Of a stretch of 64,000 bases of DNA, positions 48,534 to 58,275 are shown piece after piece. The stretch spans positions 1 to 64,000 of the IMG/VR virus record IMGVR_UViG_3300042523_000723; one strand, 5' to 3'. Within the stretch, counting starts at the first letter, position 1. Each line of letters starts with the position of its first letter. The notes under the pieces were generated by a model that made no database searches, was not told the DNA's origin, and saw nothing but the letters and a program-made list of their open reading frames with translations. The DNA is from a virus. Taxonomy: Duplodnaviria > Caudoviricetes. The position numbers and the translations under genes were made by a program.

Positions 48534-50444
48534 ATGGCAAAAAAAACAATATTCCAACAATTAAACGATTTATTTGGCCCAGAGGTTGTGAAACCGCAAA
48601 ATAAATCAAGGTATTCAATTAACGATAAAGAACTTCTTAAAACTAAATCTAAAGAAGAATATGATTTTGAAAAGTTAAAAAGACAACAAGATTCGTATCT
48701 TTCTAATATGTGGCAAAAAGTGGATAATGAAATCTACCAACATTCCATATATTATGAAACAACTAGGTTAGCATCTTATGCGGATTTTGAGGGTATGGAG
48801 TTTTTTCCCGAAATCGCCGCCGCATTAGATATAATGATGGAAGAATCTACCACATTAAATTCGGATAACAAAGTTATTAACATATTTTCTGAAAGTAGGA
48901 GAGTTAGAAGAATATTAGAAGACTTATTTTTTAATAGATTAGATATACATACATCATTACCTATGTGGACGAGAAATGTTTGTAAATATGGTGATGATTT
49001 TTTATTCCTCAATATAGATAGTGAAGAAGGGATTACAGGTGTTAAACAATTACCAAATATTGAGATTAGTAGAAAGGAAAATGAAGGTTTCGGTGAAAAT
49101 CCTGCGAATGCCGAAACTGATAAAATTAACCCAATTAAATTTATATGGGGTCAAAGAAATATTGAGTTTAATGCGTGGCAAATCGCACACTTTAGGTTGT
49201 TGGGCGATGATAGGAGACTACCTTACGGAACTTCAATGTTGGAAAAAGCGAGAAGGATATGGAAACAATTGTTACTTTCTGAAGATGCGATGTTGATATA
49301 CAGAGTAACTAGGGCACCTGAAAGAAGAATCTTTAAAATATTTGTCGGTAACATTGATGAGAAAGATGTACCCGCATATGTTAACAATATTGCGAATAAT
49401 TTTAAAAGAAGTCCTGTTATTGATCAAAACACGGGGCAGGTAGACACTAGATATAATCAAATGGCTCAGGACCAAGACTATTTTATCCCAGTAAGAGACA
49501 CAAACGCACCTTCACCAATAGAGACTCTACCAGGAGCATCTAACCTATCTGAGATTGCAGACATTCAATACCTTCAGAAAAAATTGTTTACTGCACTTAG
49601 AGTACCTAAACCATTCTTAGGATTTGAGGAGGTTAATGGTGAAGGTAAAAACTTAGCGTTACAAGATATTAGATTTGCTAGAACAATCAATAGAATTCAA
49701 CAAGCAATGATACAAGAATTAAATAAGATTGCTATCATTCATTTATATATTTTAGGGTTAGAAGATGAGTTAGAAAACTTTACACTAACATTGAATAACC
49801 CGTCTACTCAGGCAGAGATGTTAAAGGTAGAACAAACTCAATTAAAGGTAACCCTATATAAAGATGTAGTATCAGATGCGGGTAATGGATTCGGAACAAT
49901 GTCAATGACTAGGGCGAAAAAAGAAATTTTAGGAATGTCTGAAGAAGAAATAAGAAATGATTTAGAACAACAAAGATTAGAAAAAGCTGCCGCAGCAGAA
50001 ATGGAACAAACCGCAACTATCATTAAGAAGACAGGTATCTTTGATAGGGTAGATAAACTTTATGGTGATTTTTCTACATTAACCGGTGGTGTACCCGCAG
50101 AGGGTGGTGGTGAAGAAGGTGAAGGCACAGGTGGTGATGACTTAGGTGGGTTCGGAACAGACACTGGAGGTGACTTAGGTGGAATCGGAACAGACACTGG
50201 TGGTGCAGAACCCGCACCAACCGAAGAGTCAATAAAGAAAAAAGACAATCTTTTATTAGAGCAAGGAAGAAGAAGATACGAAGAGAAAGTTAATAAATAT
50301 CAAAGAATTTATTTAAATAGACTTATGGAAAGTTTAGATAAGGATGAAAGGGTTTTTAACTTAGATGAGGTAGAAAAGGATACTGAAATACTAAACTCTA
50401 AAATTAGTGATATGGCAAAAGAAATCGATAATTTAATTAAATAG
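48534..50444 (+). CDS. portal protein (T4 gp20-like)
   Basis: PEIAAALD, YGTSMLEKARR.WKQL.L.EDAMLIYRVTRAPERRIF, DYFIPVR, IETLPG. Confidence 0.95.
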   Translation: MAKKTIFQQLNDLFGPEVVKPQNKSRYSINDKELLKTKSKEEYDFEKLKRQQDSYLSNMWQKVDNEIYQHSIYYETTRLASYADFEGMEFFPEIAAALDIMMEESTTLNSDNKVINIFSESRRVRRILEDLFFNRLDIHTSLPMWTRNVCKYGDDFLFLNIDSEEGITGVKQLPNIEISRKENEGFGENPANAETDKINPIKFIWGQRNIEFNAWQIAHFRLLGDDRRLPYGTSMLEKARRIWKQLLLSEDAMLIYRVTRAPERRIFKIFVGNIDEKDVPAYVNNIANNFKRSPVIDQNTGQVDTRYNQMAQDQDYFIPVRDTNAPSPIETLPGASNLSEIADIQYLQKKLFTALRVPKPFLGFEEVNGEGKNLALQDIRFARTINRIQQAMIQELNKIAIIHLYILGLEDELENFTLTLNNPSTQAEMLKVEQTQLKVTLYKDVVSDAGNGFGTMSMTRAKKEILGMSEEEIRNDLEQQRLEKAAAAEMEQTATIIKKTGIFDRVDKLYGDFSTLTGGVPAEGGGEEGEGTGGDDLGGFGTDTGGDLGGIGTDTGGAEPAPTEESIKKKDNLLLEQGRRRYEEKVNKYQRIYLNRLMESLDKDERVFNLDEVEKDTEILNSKISDMAKEIDNLIK

Positions 50445-50486
50445 AACTTTTTTATAAATTCAGAATATTTATTTATAAAAAAGAAC

Positions 50487-51251
50487 ATGGAGAATTTTGG
50501 TAATATTAAAGATACCTTTAAAAATTTAGTAGTAGAGTCTATAATTAAAAAAAACGAAAAGAGTAAAAAACTATTTTCTAAATTTTTAAAAACAATTAAA
50601 GAAAATAAAACATTAAAGAATCAATATCTAATTTATAGTAATTTACAAAATAGTAGGTTCGATGATGGTGTTGAGGCGAAAGAATTCGTTAAGGAGAATA
50701 TTGAACTACTTAAAGGTTTAAACGAAGGACATATCGTAAAAGGTAATGAGTTTTTCGTTAAATTACTTAAAGGTAATAAAATCATAAAAGAAAATCAAGA
50801 ATTCTATAATAAAATATCTTATTTAGTTAACACCGAAAAAACACCTTCGAATATTAAAAAAATTAATGAGACAATTAATTATATAGTTAAAAATATGTTA
50901 GAAAAAGAGGAAGTAAAAGAGGTTGTTACGGAAAGTGTATATTTACCACCTAGTGTGTTAACAAAATTGGCAGTAAATAAGTTTAATTCTAGATATTCTA
51001 ACATTAGTGAGTCAGAAAAAGAAATCATTAAAACAGTACTTAATGGTACAAGTGAAGATAAAGAAAATATTTTCAATAAATTAAAAAGAGAGTGTATTGA
51101 TGGTATCGATACTAAATTAAATGAGTCTTCTGATTTAGATCTTAAAGATAAACTATTAAAAGTTAAGGATAAACTACTGAACAATAGTTTCAACATAGAT
51201 TCTTTTACTACTGATATTACAAGATTACACGATTTAAAAGAATCAATATAA
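50487..51251 (+). CDS. head-module hypothetical protein
   Basis: Located between portal and protease; several (L/V)xE sites. Confidence 0.7.
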   Translation: MENFGNIKDTFKNLVVESIIKKNEKSKKLFSKFLKTIKENKTLKNQYLIYSNLQNSRFDDGVEAKEFVKENIELLKGLNEGHIVKGNEFFVKLLKGNKIIKENQEFYNKISYLVNTEKTPSNIKKINETINYIVKNMLEKEEVKEVVTESVYLPPSVLTKLAVNKFNSRYSNISESEKEIIKTVLNGTSEDKENIFNKLKRECIDGIDTKLNESSDLDLKDKLLKVKDKLLNNSFNIDSFTTDITRLHDLKESI

Positions 51252-51271
51252 CTAATAAAAAAATAAGAAAA

Positions 51272-51622
51272 ATGAAAAAAAGAGTAATAAGACTTAGTGA
51301 ATCTGATTTACAAAGAATTGTAAAAAGAGTGATTAAAGAAAATATGATTAATGAATTAGGTGGGATGGACGATGGACACCCTAGATTCGGTGATGTTAAA
51401 TTTTCTGATTTATCGAGAGACGAAATATTAAGAATGGGTGGTAGTGAATACTCAGAAGATTCTGACGATGATTTAACTGATGACAATGAATATTATGACT
51501 TTGATGGTGATATTGATGACTTAAAGGGTGGTCGTAGAGGGAAATTGCCAATTATGAGGTCAATGCCTTCACGACATAATACCGGAGATAGACCGTTCAG
51601 AAGAGGAAATAGAAAAATGTAA
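51272..51622 (+). CDS. small protein with MKKRVIRLSESDL leader
   Basis: MKKRVIRLSESDLQRIVKRVIKENMINE, acidic middle, basic tail. Confidence 0.7.
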   Translation: MKKRVIRLSESDLQRIVKRVIKENMINELGGMDDGHPRFGDVKFSDLSRDEILRMGGSEYSEDSDDDLTDDNEYYDFDGDIDDLKGGRRGKLPIMRSMPSRHNTGDRPFRRGNRKM

Positions 51623-51780
51623 AAAAACGGATTAGGGCCGTTATTGTCTACGGACAAATATTACCCACTAGAGTTCGCTACTATAGTGGGTTTTATTTGC
51701 GATTAAATTTGACATTTCACGAATATTTTTGTATTATTATTAACAAACTTTTAAATAACAATACATGAAAAAAATTATGA

Positions 51781-52218
51781 ATGAAATTAGGAAAAGAAAT
51801 CAAATTAGATTTATTAGAAAACTATAAAACTAAGATTGGTACTGTTAACAACAAAGAATCAAAAAGTATCTATATTAATCTATCTGCGTGGGGCGAATTA
51901 GATGAATTAGACGAAAATCTAAATTACGAATATTTTTTAAGTAATTTAAGAAAAAAAATAAAACAAAAATTAAACAACTATCTAGATCAAGATTTATACT
52001 ACAATAACAAATACATTGTAGATTTAGATATGAGAACTTCAGGACTATCAGTAGAAAAAAAAAGTTTTATGTCTTGTGAAATAACACTCTTCCAAAAAAG
52101 ACATTATCCGTTAAACAACCCAAAAATTATAGATAGTACTAAAAGTATTATTTATAATGTCGTAAAAAATTGTATAGAAACCAATAACGTTTTTACTTTC
52201 CATAAGAGAAAAAAATAA
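51781..52218 (+). CDS. hypothetical protein
   Basis: 145-aa ORF with TTGACA promoter-like site upstream. Confidence 0.7.
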   Translation: MKLGKEIKLDLLENYKTKIGTVNNKESKSIYINLSAWGELDELDENLNYEYFLSNLRKKIKQKLNNYLDQDLYYNNKYIVDLDMRTSGLSVEKKSFMSCEITLFQKRHYPLNNPKIIDSTKSIIYNVVKNCIETNNVFTFHKRKK

Positions 52219-52264
52219 TTTTTTTAACATAGTGATATATTTATTATTAAAGTATATCACTATT

Positions 52265-54076
52265 ATGGAAATATTAAAAAATAACGATAGCAATAAGAGG
52301 GGTGTCCTTATTGAGTATGATTCGGGATACATTTCACCAAAAGATAACCAGAACTTTATTAGTGAAATGACTAAACTATCAAAAGGGGAACCTATCATAG
52401 AGGAACCTTTGATAGTTTATGCGGTTATGCAAAAATATGGGGTAGAAAACAGAAATGGAAGAGTATACCCTGAAGCTATACTTAGACGAGAAGCGGAAAA
52501 CTACCTTAAACTTATTAAAGAAAAAAGAGCGTTAGGGGAATGCGTACCTGAAGGTACTGAGATTTACACCACTGATGGGTGGTTTAAAATTGAGGATGTT
52601 AAAGTTGGTGATAAAATTTTAACAATGAATATTGATACCAACTTCATTGAGGAACAAAATGTTACGGATACTATCAAAAAACAATATGACGATGACTTAA
52701 TCCATATCTATAACAATAGTAGTTTAGACATGAAAATCACTAAAAAACATAAAGTAGTATTATGGGATAGAAATGATAAATCTTATATCTTAACTGGTGA
52801 AGAATTATATGATAAAATAAAAAATAAAGATTCTAAAGTATCTCATTCTTATATTAAACATTCCGCAGAATGGGTAGGTGATTCACCTAAAACTTATACA
52901 TTAAAAAATAGTGATATTACTATAGATATAGAAGATTGGGTTTCTTTTTTAGGTATTTTTATTGCCGATGGACATTGTAGTGGAACTAAAGGTGGCAATA
53001 AGAAAAATTTAGTATGTATTACACAAGTGAAGGAAGAGTCCTCAAAAATGATTGAGTCTTTACTTGAACGGTTACCTTTTAAATATAGTGTATCAGATAA
53101 CAGACAATATAACATATATAGTAAAGAATTATATGATGAATTGTTCAGTTTAGGGAATTCATATCAAAAACATATACCTAATTATATTAAACAATACTCA
53201 CCGGAATTGTTAAATATTTTATTAGATTGGTTATTACTTGGTGATGGAAGAAACAGACACAATAGTAAAAATGAATTAATTAAAGAATATGTCACTACAT
53301 CAAAATCTTTGGCAGATGACGTATTCGAAATTATAGTAAAACTAGGGTACGGTGCAACAATTAACACAATCACACCAAAAGATAGAATTATTGTTGATGA
53401 AAACGTAGTCTTTAGTGAGGTTGAAAATGAAGATGGAACAATTTCTTTAATTAAAGAAAAAATTAAAACTAAACGATTAATAAAATCTTCTGATTCTAAA
53501 GTATTATATAATGTACACCTTAGAACTAATAAGGGAATTTATTTAGATCATAGATTTATAAAGATTGATAAGATTAAACATAATGATTATGTATACTGTG
53601 TAACTGTCCCTAATAGTACGTGGTTAATGAGATCAAATAATAAGATCTCTTGGACACATAATTGTGACCACCCAGAATCATCTATTGTTGCGGTAAGTAG
53701 AATTTCTCATAATGTGGTAGACCTTTGGTGGGAAGGTAATGTACTTATGGGTAAGTTAGAAATCATTATGTCACCGGGATTCGTAAACCAAGGAATTATA
53801 TCTTGTGAAGGTGACAGAGTAGCGAATTATTTGAGAAAAGGTTTAAAGATTGGTGTGTCATCAAGAGGTGTAGGTTCTTTGGAAAAAGAAGGTGGTAAGA
53901 ATATAGTGCAAGACGATTTTGAATTAATTTGTTGGGATATTGTTACCTCACCGTCTACTCCAGGTTCTTGGATTTATAGTGATGTTCCATCTAGAGAACA
54001 ACAGATGTCTGAGTCGAATATTAAAAAAGAAGATGCTATCCTTAAAGATAATTTAAATAATTTTTTACTCGATTAG
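52265..54076 (+). CDS. prohead core protease (T4 gp21-like), intein-containing
   Basis: NRNGRVYP, ALGE|CDHP, SHNV, GVSSRGVGSL, DIVTSPSTPGS; start probably ATG 52265. Confidence 0.93.
   Translation: MEILKNNDSNKRGVLIEYDSGYISPKDNQNFISEMTKLSKGEPIIEEPLIVYAVMQKYGVENRNGRVYPEAILRREAENYLKLIKEKRALGECVPEGTEIYTTDGWFKIEDVKVGDKILTMNIDTNFIEEQNVTDTIKKQYDDDLIHIYNNSSLDMKITKKHKVVLWDRNDKSYILTGEELYDKIKNKDSKVSHSYIKHSAEWVGDSPKTYTLKNSDITIDIEDWVSFLGIFIADGHCSGTKGGNKKNLVCITQVKEESSKMIESLLERLPFKYSVSDNRQYNIYSKELYDELFSLGNSYQKHIPNYIKQYSPELLNILLDWLLLGDGRNRHNSKNELIKEYVTTSKSLADDVFEIIVKLGYGATINTITPKDRIIVDENVVFSEVENEDGTISLIKEKIKTKRLIKSSDSKVLYNVHLRTNKGIYLDHRFIKIDKIKHNDYVYCVTVPNSTWLMRSNNKISWTHNCDHPESSIVAVSRISHNVVDLWWEGNVLMGKLEIIMSPGFVNQGIISCEGDRVANYLRKGLKIGVSSRGVGSLEKEGGKNIVQDDFELICWDIVTSPSTPGSWIYSDVPSREQQMSESNIKKEDAILKDNLNNFLLD
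52541..53662 (+). mobile_element. intein with LAGLIDADG endonuclease (374 aa)
   Basis: CVPEGTE start, ITKKH block B, FLGIFIADGH and LLLGDGR, VYCVTVP, ends THN followed by Cys+1. Confidence 0.92.
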
Positions 54077-54175
54077 TAAAATAATTAACACTTTTCTAAA
54101 ATATCGCATATTTATTTAGTGAACGTATAACATTGCGTTAAATAATAATTAATAACAATTAAAAAAAAAAGTAAA

Positions 54176-55531
54176 ATGGCTGAAAAAAAGAAATCAATCA
54201 TCGAAGAGGCTTTACTAGAAGCAAAGTCTTTAGAGGATGCCTTAAAAGCCAATACGAAAGAAATGCTTGCGGCACTTATGTCCAAGGAATTTGAAAGTAT
54301 CGTCGAGTCATCTTTGAAAAAGGGAGATGAAGAAAAAGAAAAAAAAGTCTCAGAACAAGAAGATGAGATAGATTTAGAAATGATCGATACAGAAGTTAAA
54401 GGATCCGATGATGAAGAAGAAGAAGAAGACCTTTTAGATCTTGAAGATGAAGAATCTGATGAGGTGGAAGACATCGAATTAGATTTAGATGATGAAGTAT
54501 CTGATGAAGAGTCTGATGACATTGAACTTGACTTAGACACCGACCTAGACTTAGACGCTAGTGAAGGTGAAGAAGGAGAGGAAATGAAATTAGATTTAGA
54601 ATTACCTTTTATGGGTATGGGAGGAGAAGAAGTAATGGACTTAACAGGTGCGTCTGATGACGAAGTTGTTAAAGTTTTCAAAAAACTCTCTGACGATGAT
54701 GAAGTAGAAGTTGTAAAAGATGCTGGTGGTATCCATCTAACAGATAATAAAACAGGTGCAGAGTATTACATTAAGGAATCTATGGATGAAATGAGACATT
54801 CTATGAACGAAAAAGAGTATTGCGCTGAAGGGAATTGCGGTTCTATGTACGAAGAAGTAATGTACGAGATAGAATTAGACGAAGATTCCGACATGATGGA
54901 AATGTTTAAAGAAATGGGTGGTATGAAAAAAAGTCACTATGGTGAAGACTACCACATGGAAGAAGGCGCTTACATTGATGAGGAAGAAGAAAAATTAGAA
55001 GAGGACAAACTACAAAGACACAGAAAGTTCGCTGGTAAACAAAGATACAGTGGCACTAAAGTGGGTAGAAGAGACGAATCTATAAAACTTCGTAAACCTT
55101 TAGTAAATAGAACCCCAAAATCATCTACAGTTTCTGAATCTAAGATAATGAAAGAATACACAGAGTTAAAATCTAAAAACGAAGAGTATAAGAAAGCACT
55201 TAATGTATTCAAAGACAAACTTAATGAGGTGGCTTTGTTTAACACTAACTTAGCGTATGTGAATAGAATCTTCACTGAGCATTCGACAACGAAAAAAGAA
55301 AAAATGGATATCCTTAAGAGGTTTGACAATGCTGAGTCGATAAAAGAGTCTAAGAACATATACAAAACAATTAAGACTGAGTTAGATAATAAGAAACCAA
55401 TTAACGAGTCAGTACAAAAAAAAGTTAATAAGACTATTGAGTCGTCAAAGTCGCAAAATCTAAATGAGTCTACAGCATATGTAGATCCACAGATATCTGC
55501 GATTAAAGATTTAATGAGAAGAATCTCATAA
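54176..55531 (+). CDS. prohead scaffolding/core protein
   Basis: Very acidic coiled-coil ORF between protease and capsid genes with many (L/I/V)xE sites (VSES, INES, LNES). Confidence 0.8.
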   Translation: MAEKKKSIIEEALLEAKSLEDALKANTKEMLAALMSKEFESIVESSLKKGDEEKEKKVSEQEDEIDLEMIDTEVKGSDDEEEEEDLLDLEDEESDEVEDIELDLDDEVSDEESDDIELDLDTDLDLDASEGEEGEEMKLDLELPFMGMGGEEVMDLTGASDDEVVKVFKKLSDDDEVEVVKDAGGIHLTDNKTGAEYYIKESMDEMRHSMNEKEYCAEGNCGSMYEEVMYEIELDEDSDMMEMFKEMGGMKKSHYGEDYHMEEGAYIDEEEEKLEEDKLQRHRKFAGKQRYSGTKVGRRDESIKLRKPLVNRTPKSSTVSESKIMKEYTELKSKNEEYKKALNVFKDKLNEVALFNTNLAYVNRIFTEHSTTKKEKMDILKRFDNAESIKESKNIYKTIKTELDNKKPINESVQKKVNKTIESSKSQNLNESTAYVDPQISAIKDLMRRIS

Positions 55532-55570
55532 AAATAATAAAATAACAAAAATTAAAAAATAATAAAAAAA

Positions 55571-57325
55571 ATGGGACATTTGTTAAATTCAGGTCAAGTC
55601 GGAAACATCGGACTAGAGCACCTAAAGCAAATCAGATCTAAAACTATTTCTAAGTGGACCTCATTAGGTTTCCTTGAAGGTTTGAAAGGTCACGTAAAAG
55701 AGAACATCGCACAATTGTACGAAAACCAAGCATCTTCTTTACTTAATGAGTCGACTTCGTCTGATTCATCAGGTTCATTCGAGACAGTGGTATTTCCAAT
55801 TGTACGAAGAGTATTCTCTAAATTATTGGCTAACGATATCGTATCGGTACAAGCGATGAACATGCCAATTGGAAAATTATTCTTCTTTGTACCTAAAACA
55901 TCATCTACACAAGTTCCTTTGAACGGTAAAGATGGTTCCGCTAACGGATCATTACCAGCATGTGTTATTTCTGGATGTAATGAAGATACACTTATCACTC
56001 CATTCTTAGAGAAGTCACTATATGACTTATACTATAATGATGGATTGTTTGACGCATCTAAAGGTAAAAAAATCGTTTTTGCTGGGGCAGGTTTCTATGG
56101 TGCAACACTTAACGCTAATGGTGTGAAAGTACCTACTAATTTATCATCACAACCTAAAGCTTCGGATGGTTCATTCAGAAGTGTTAAAATGTGTGTAACA
56201 GGTTTCTCTACTACTAACGCAGGTAGATTAACTGGACCAGACGGAAACGAAATGGATACTGAATCTTTCTTATCTTCTTTATCAGTAGTTTCTACACCAG
56301 CAATTGTTGATGGTGATGGTAAACAAATTATTGCTGCAGGTGGTAGTGTACCATTTAGAGTAGTAACTCAGAAATACGGAAGAGGTATCGTTGATTATGG
56401 TGATATCTGTACTCCTGATGGATGTTTACTAATCGAATTGGACCTTACACATCCAGCTTGTATTGATTGTTCTTCTGCTAACTTTGACGGATATGTTGGT
56501 GCGGCAACTGGAACTTCATTTACAGGTTTGACTGTAGCTTGGTCCAGATACGAATCATTAGAATTCTCAACTGAAATGGGTGAGGTATCATTCGAACTTG
56601 ATGAAGTTGTGGTTTCTGTAACAGAAAGAAAACTAAGAGCTACTTGGTCACCAGAATTGGCACAAGACGTTAGTGCATTCCATAACATTGATGCAGAAGC
56701 AGAACTTACGGCGTTATTGTCTGAGCAAGTTGCGGCGGAAATCGATAGAGAGATCCTAAGAGACTTAAGAAAAGGTTCGGCTTGGCAATTGAGATGGGAT
56801 TACAACGGATGGAAACGAGCTAACAATGGTGGTGGTTTCAACGCTTACACTCAAAAAGAGTGGAATCAAACGTTGATTACTAAAATCAATCAAATCTCAG
56901 CTCAAATTCATAAGGCTACTTTAAGAGGTGGTGCTAACTTCATCGTTGTTTCGTCTGAAGTTTCTGCTATCTTTGATGACTTAGAATACTTCCACGTATC
57001 TAACGCATCTCCAGAGCAAGATCAGTACAATATGGGTATTGAGAAGATTGGTTCATTAGGAGGAAGATATACTGTATATCGTGATCCATATGCACCGGCT
57101 AACTCAATCATCATTGGACACAAAGGAAAATCATTGTTGGATACTGGGTACGTTTACGCACCTTACGTACCTCTACAATTGACTCCTACGTTACAAAACC
57201 CGTTCAACTTCGCACCAACGAAGGGTATCATGACTAGATACGCTAAGAAAATGGTTAATAACCGTTTCTATGGTGTAGTTACAGTTGATGGAGTTCAAAC
57301 ATTCGATGTAAACGAATTGAGATAA
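55571..57325 (+). CDS. major capsid protein (T4 gp23-like)
   Basis: LYENQ...LLNES, FPIVRRVF, VSVQAMNMP, RKLRATWSPELAQD, EIDREIL, YAPYVPL, KGIMTRY. Confidence 0.97.
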   Translation: MGHLLNSGQVGNIGLEHLKQIRSKTISKWTSLGFLEGLKGHVKENIAQLYENQASSLLNESTSSDSSGSFETVVFPIVRRVFSKLLANDIVSVQAMNMPIGKLFFFVPKTSSTQVPLNGKDGSANGSLPACVISGCNEDTLITPFLEKSLYDLYYNDGLFDASKGKKIVFAGAGFYGATLNANGVKVPTNLSSQPKASDGSFRSVKMCVTGFSTTNAGRLTGPDGNEMDTESFLSSLSVVSTPAIVDGDGKQIIAAGGSVPFRVVTQKYGRGIVDYGDICTPDGCLLIELDLTHPACIDCSSANFDGYVGAATGTSFTGLTVAWSRYESLEFSTEMGEVSFELDEVVVSVTERKLRATWSPELAQDVSAFHNIDAEAELTALLSEQVAAEIDREILRDLRKGSAWQLRWDYNGWKRANNGGGFNAYTQKEWNQTLITKINQISAQIHKATLRGGANFIVVSSEVSAIFDDLEYFHVSNASPEQDQYNMGIEKIGSLGGRYTVYRDPYAPANSIIIGHKGKSLLDTGYVYAPYVPLQLTPTLQNPFNFAPTKGIMTRYAKKMVNNRFYGVVTVDGVQTFDVNELR

Positions 57326-57346
57326 TCGATTTAAAGAGTGAATATA

Positions 57347-57374
57347 AAAGGGTAGATTTTGTCTACCCTTTTTT
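57347..57374 (+). terminator. intrinsic terminator after the capsid gene
   Basis: aaagggtaga-tttt-gtctaccctttttt. Confidence 0.85.
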
Positions 57375-57411
57375 GTTTTATAAGATATTTATTATTATAT
57401 TTACATTATAT

Positions 57412-58275
57412 ATGATAATCAAAAAGAAATACGTACTATTAGAGTCTTTATTAATAGATGATACAAATGAATTTGACGCAACTGAAAAAAGAATTTTTAA
57501 GACGTTAAATATCCAATACGGTGACCCAATGAAAGGTGGTGAGGAGGGTAAGAAACCATTCACTCAATGGGAAGTCGCAGCATGGTTAATTGAGAATATT
57601 GAAATTCCATATGATATGGCTTATGGGTTGACAAAAACGTATTATTGGAACTACGATAAACTTTTTAGTGAAACGACTTCTCTTAGAAAAACAATCCCTT
57701 CCGCACAATTATTCAAGGATCATCATCAAACATTAAGTAAATTATTTAGAGATAAATTAACGAATGATTTATATGGGCAAATAAAAATTAATATTGATAG
57801 GGATACGGGTGTAGAAGACATGAGAGATATTAATTTTTGGGGGGGATATTCGGGAGTTGTCCTATACTTACCTTTTATGACTATGGATAATAATGGCAAT
57901 TATATCTATGGTGATGATAGAAATGGTAGAAATTTAATAGTAGACGTATTTTACCGTATATTAGATAAGGAAGGTAATATTGTTGACGGTTATTTCACAG
58001 ATGATAAGTATCAAGAAAAAATTGATAATGAAAAATTTAAGGTTGTCGTAAAATATACGTTAGGTGAGACAACTGATAGAGAAGGAAGTGGTAGACAGTT
58101 TAATTTAATGGAATTTGATGTTCCATACCCTAAACCATTGTCTTTAAAAACATATTCAGAGATGTTAAATCTAATTTTGGGTGATGTCATTAAAAAGATA
58201 GAATCGATGACATTTACTTTACCTCCCCACTTAGACGGTTTTGAGGAATCTAGTGGAGATTCTCAACCTGATTAA
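57412..58275 (+). CDS. hypothetical protein with leader-like N-terminus
   Basis: Start ATG 57412 (MIIKKKYVLLES) after ATATTTAT. Confidence 0.65.
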   Translation: MIIKKKYVLLESLLIDDTNEFDATEKRIFKTLNIQYGDPMKGGEEGKKPFTQWEVAAWLIENIEIPYDMAYGLTKTYYWNYDKLFSETTSLRKTIPSAQLFKDHHQTLSKLFRDKLTNDLYGQIKINIDRDTGVEDMRDINFWGGYSGVVLYLPFMTMDNNGNYIYGDDRNGRNLIVDVFYRILDKEGNIVDGYFTDDKYQEKIDNEKFKVVVKYTLGETTDREGSGRQFNLMEFDVPYPKPLSLKTYSEMLNLILGDVIKKIESMTFTLPPHLDGFEESSGDSQPD

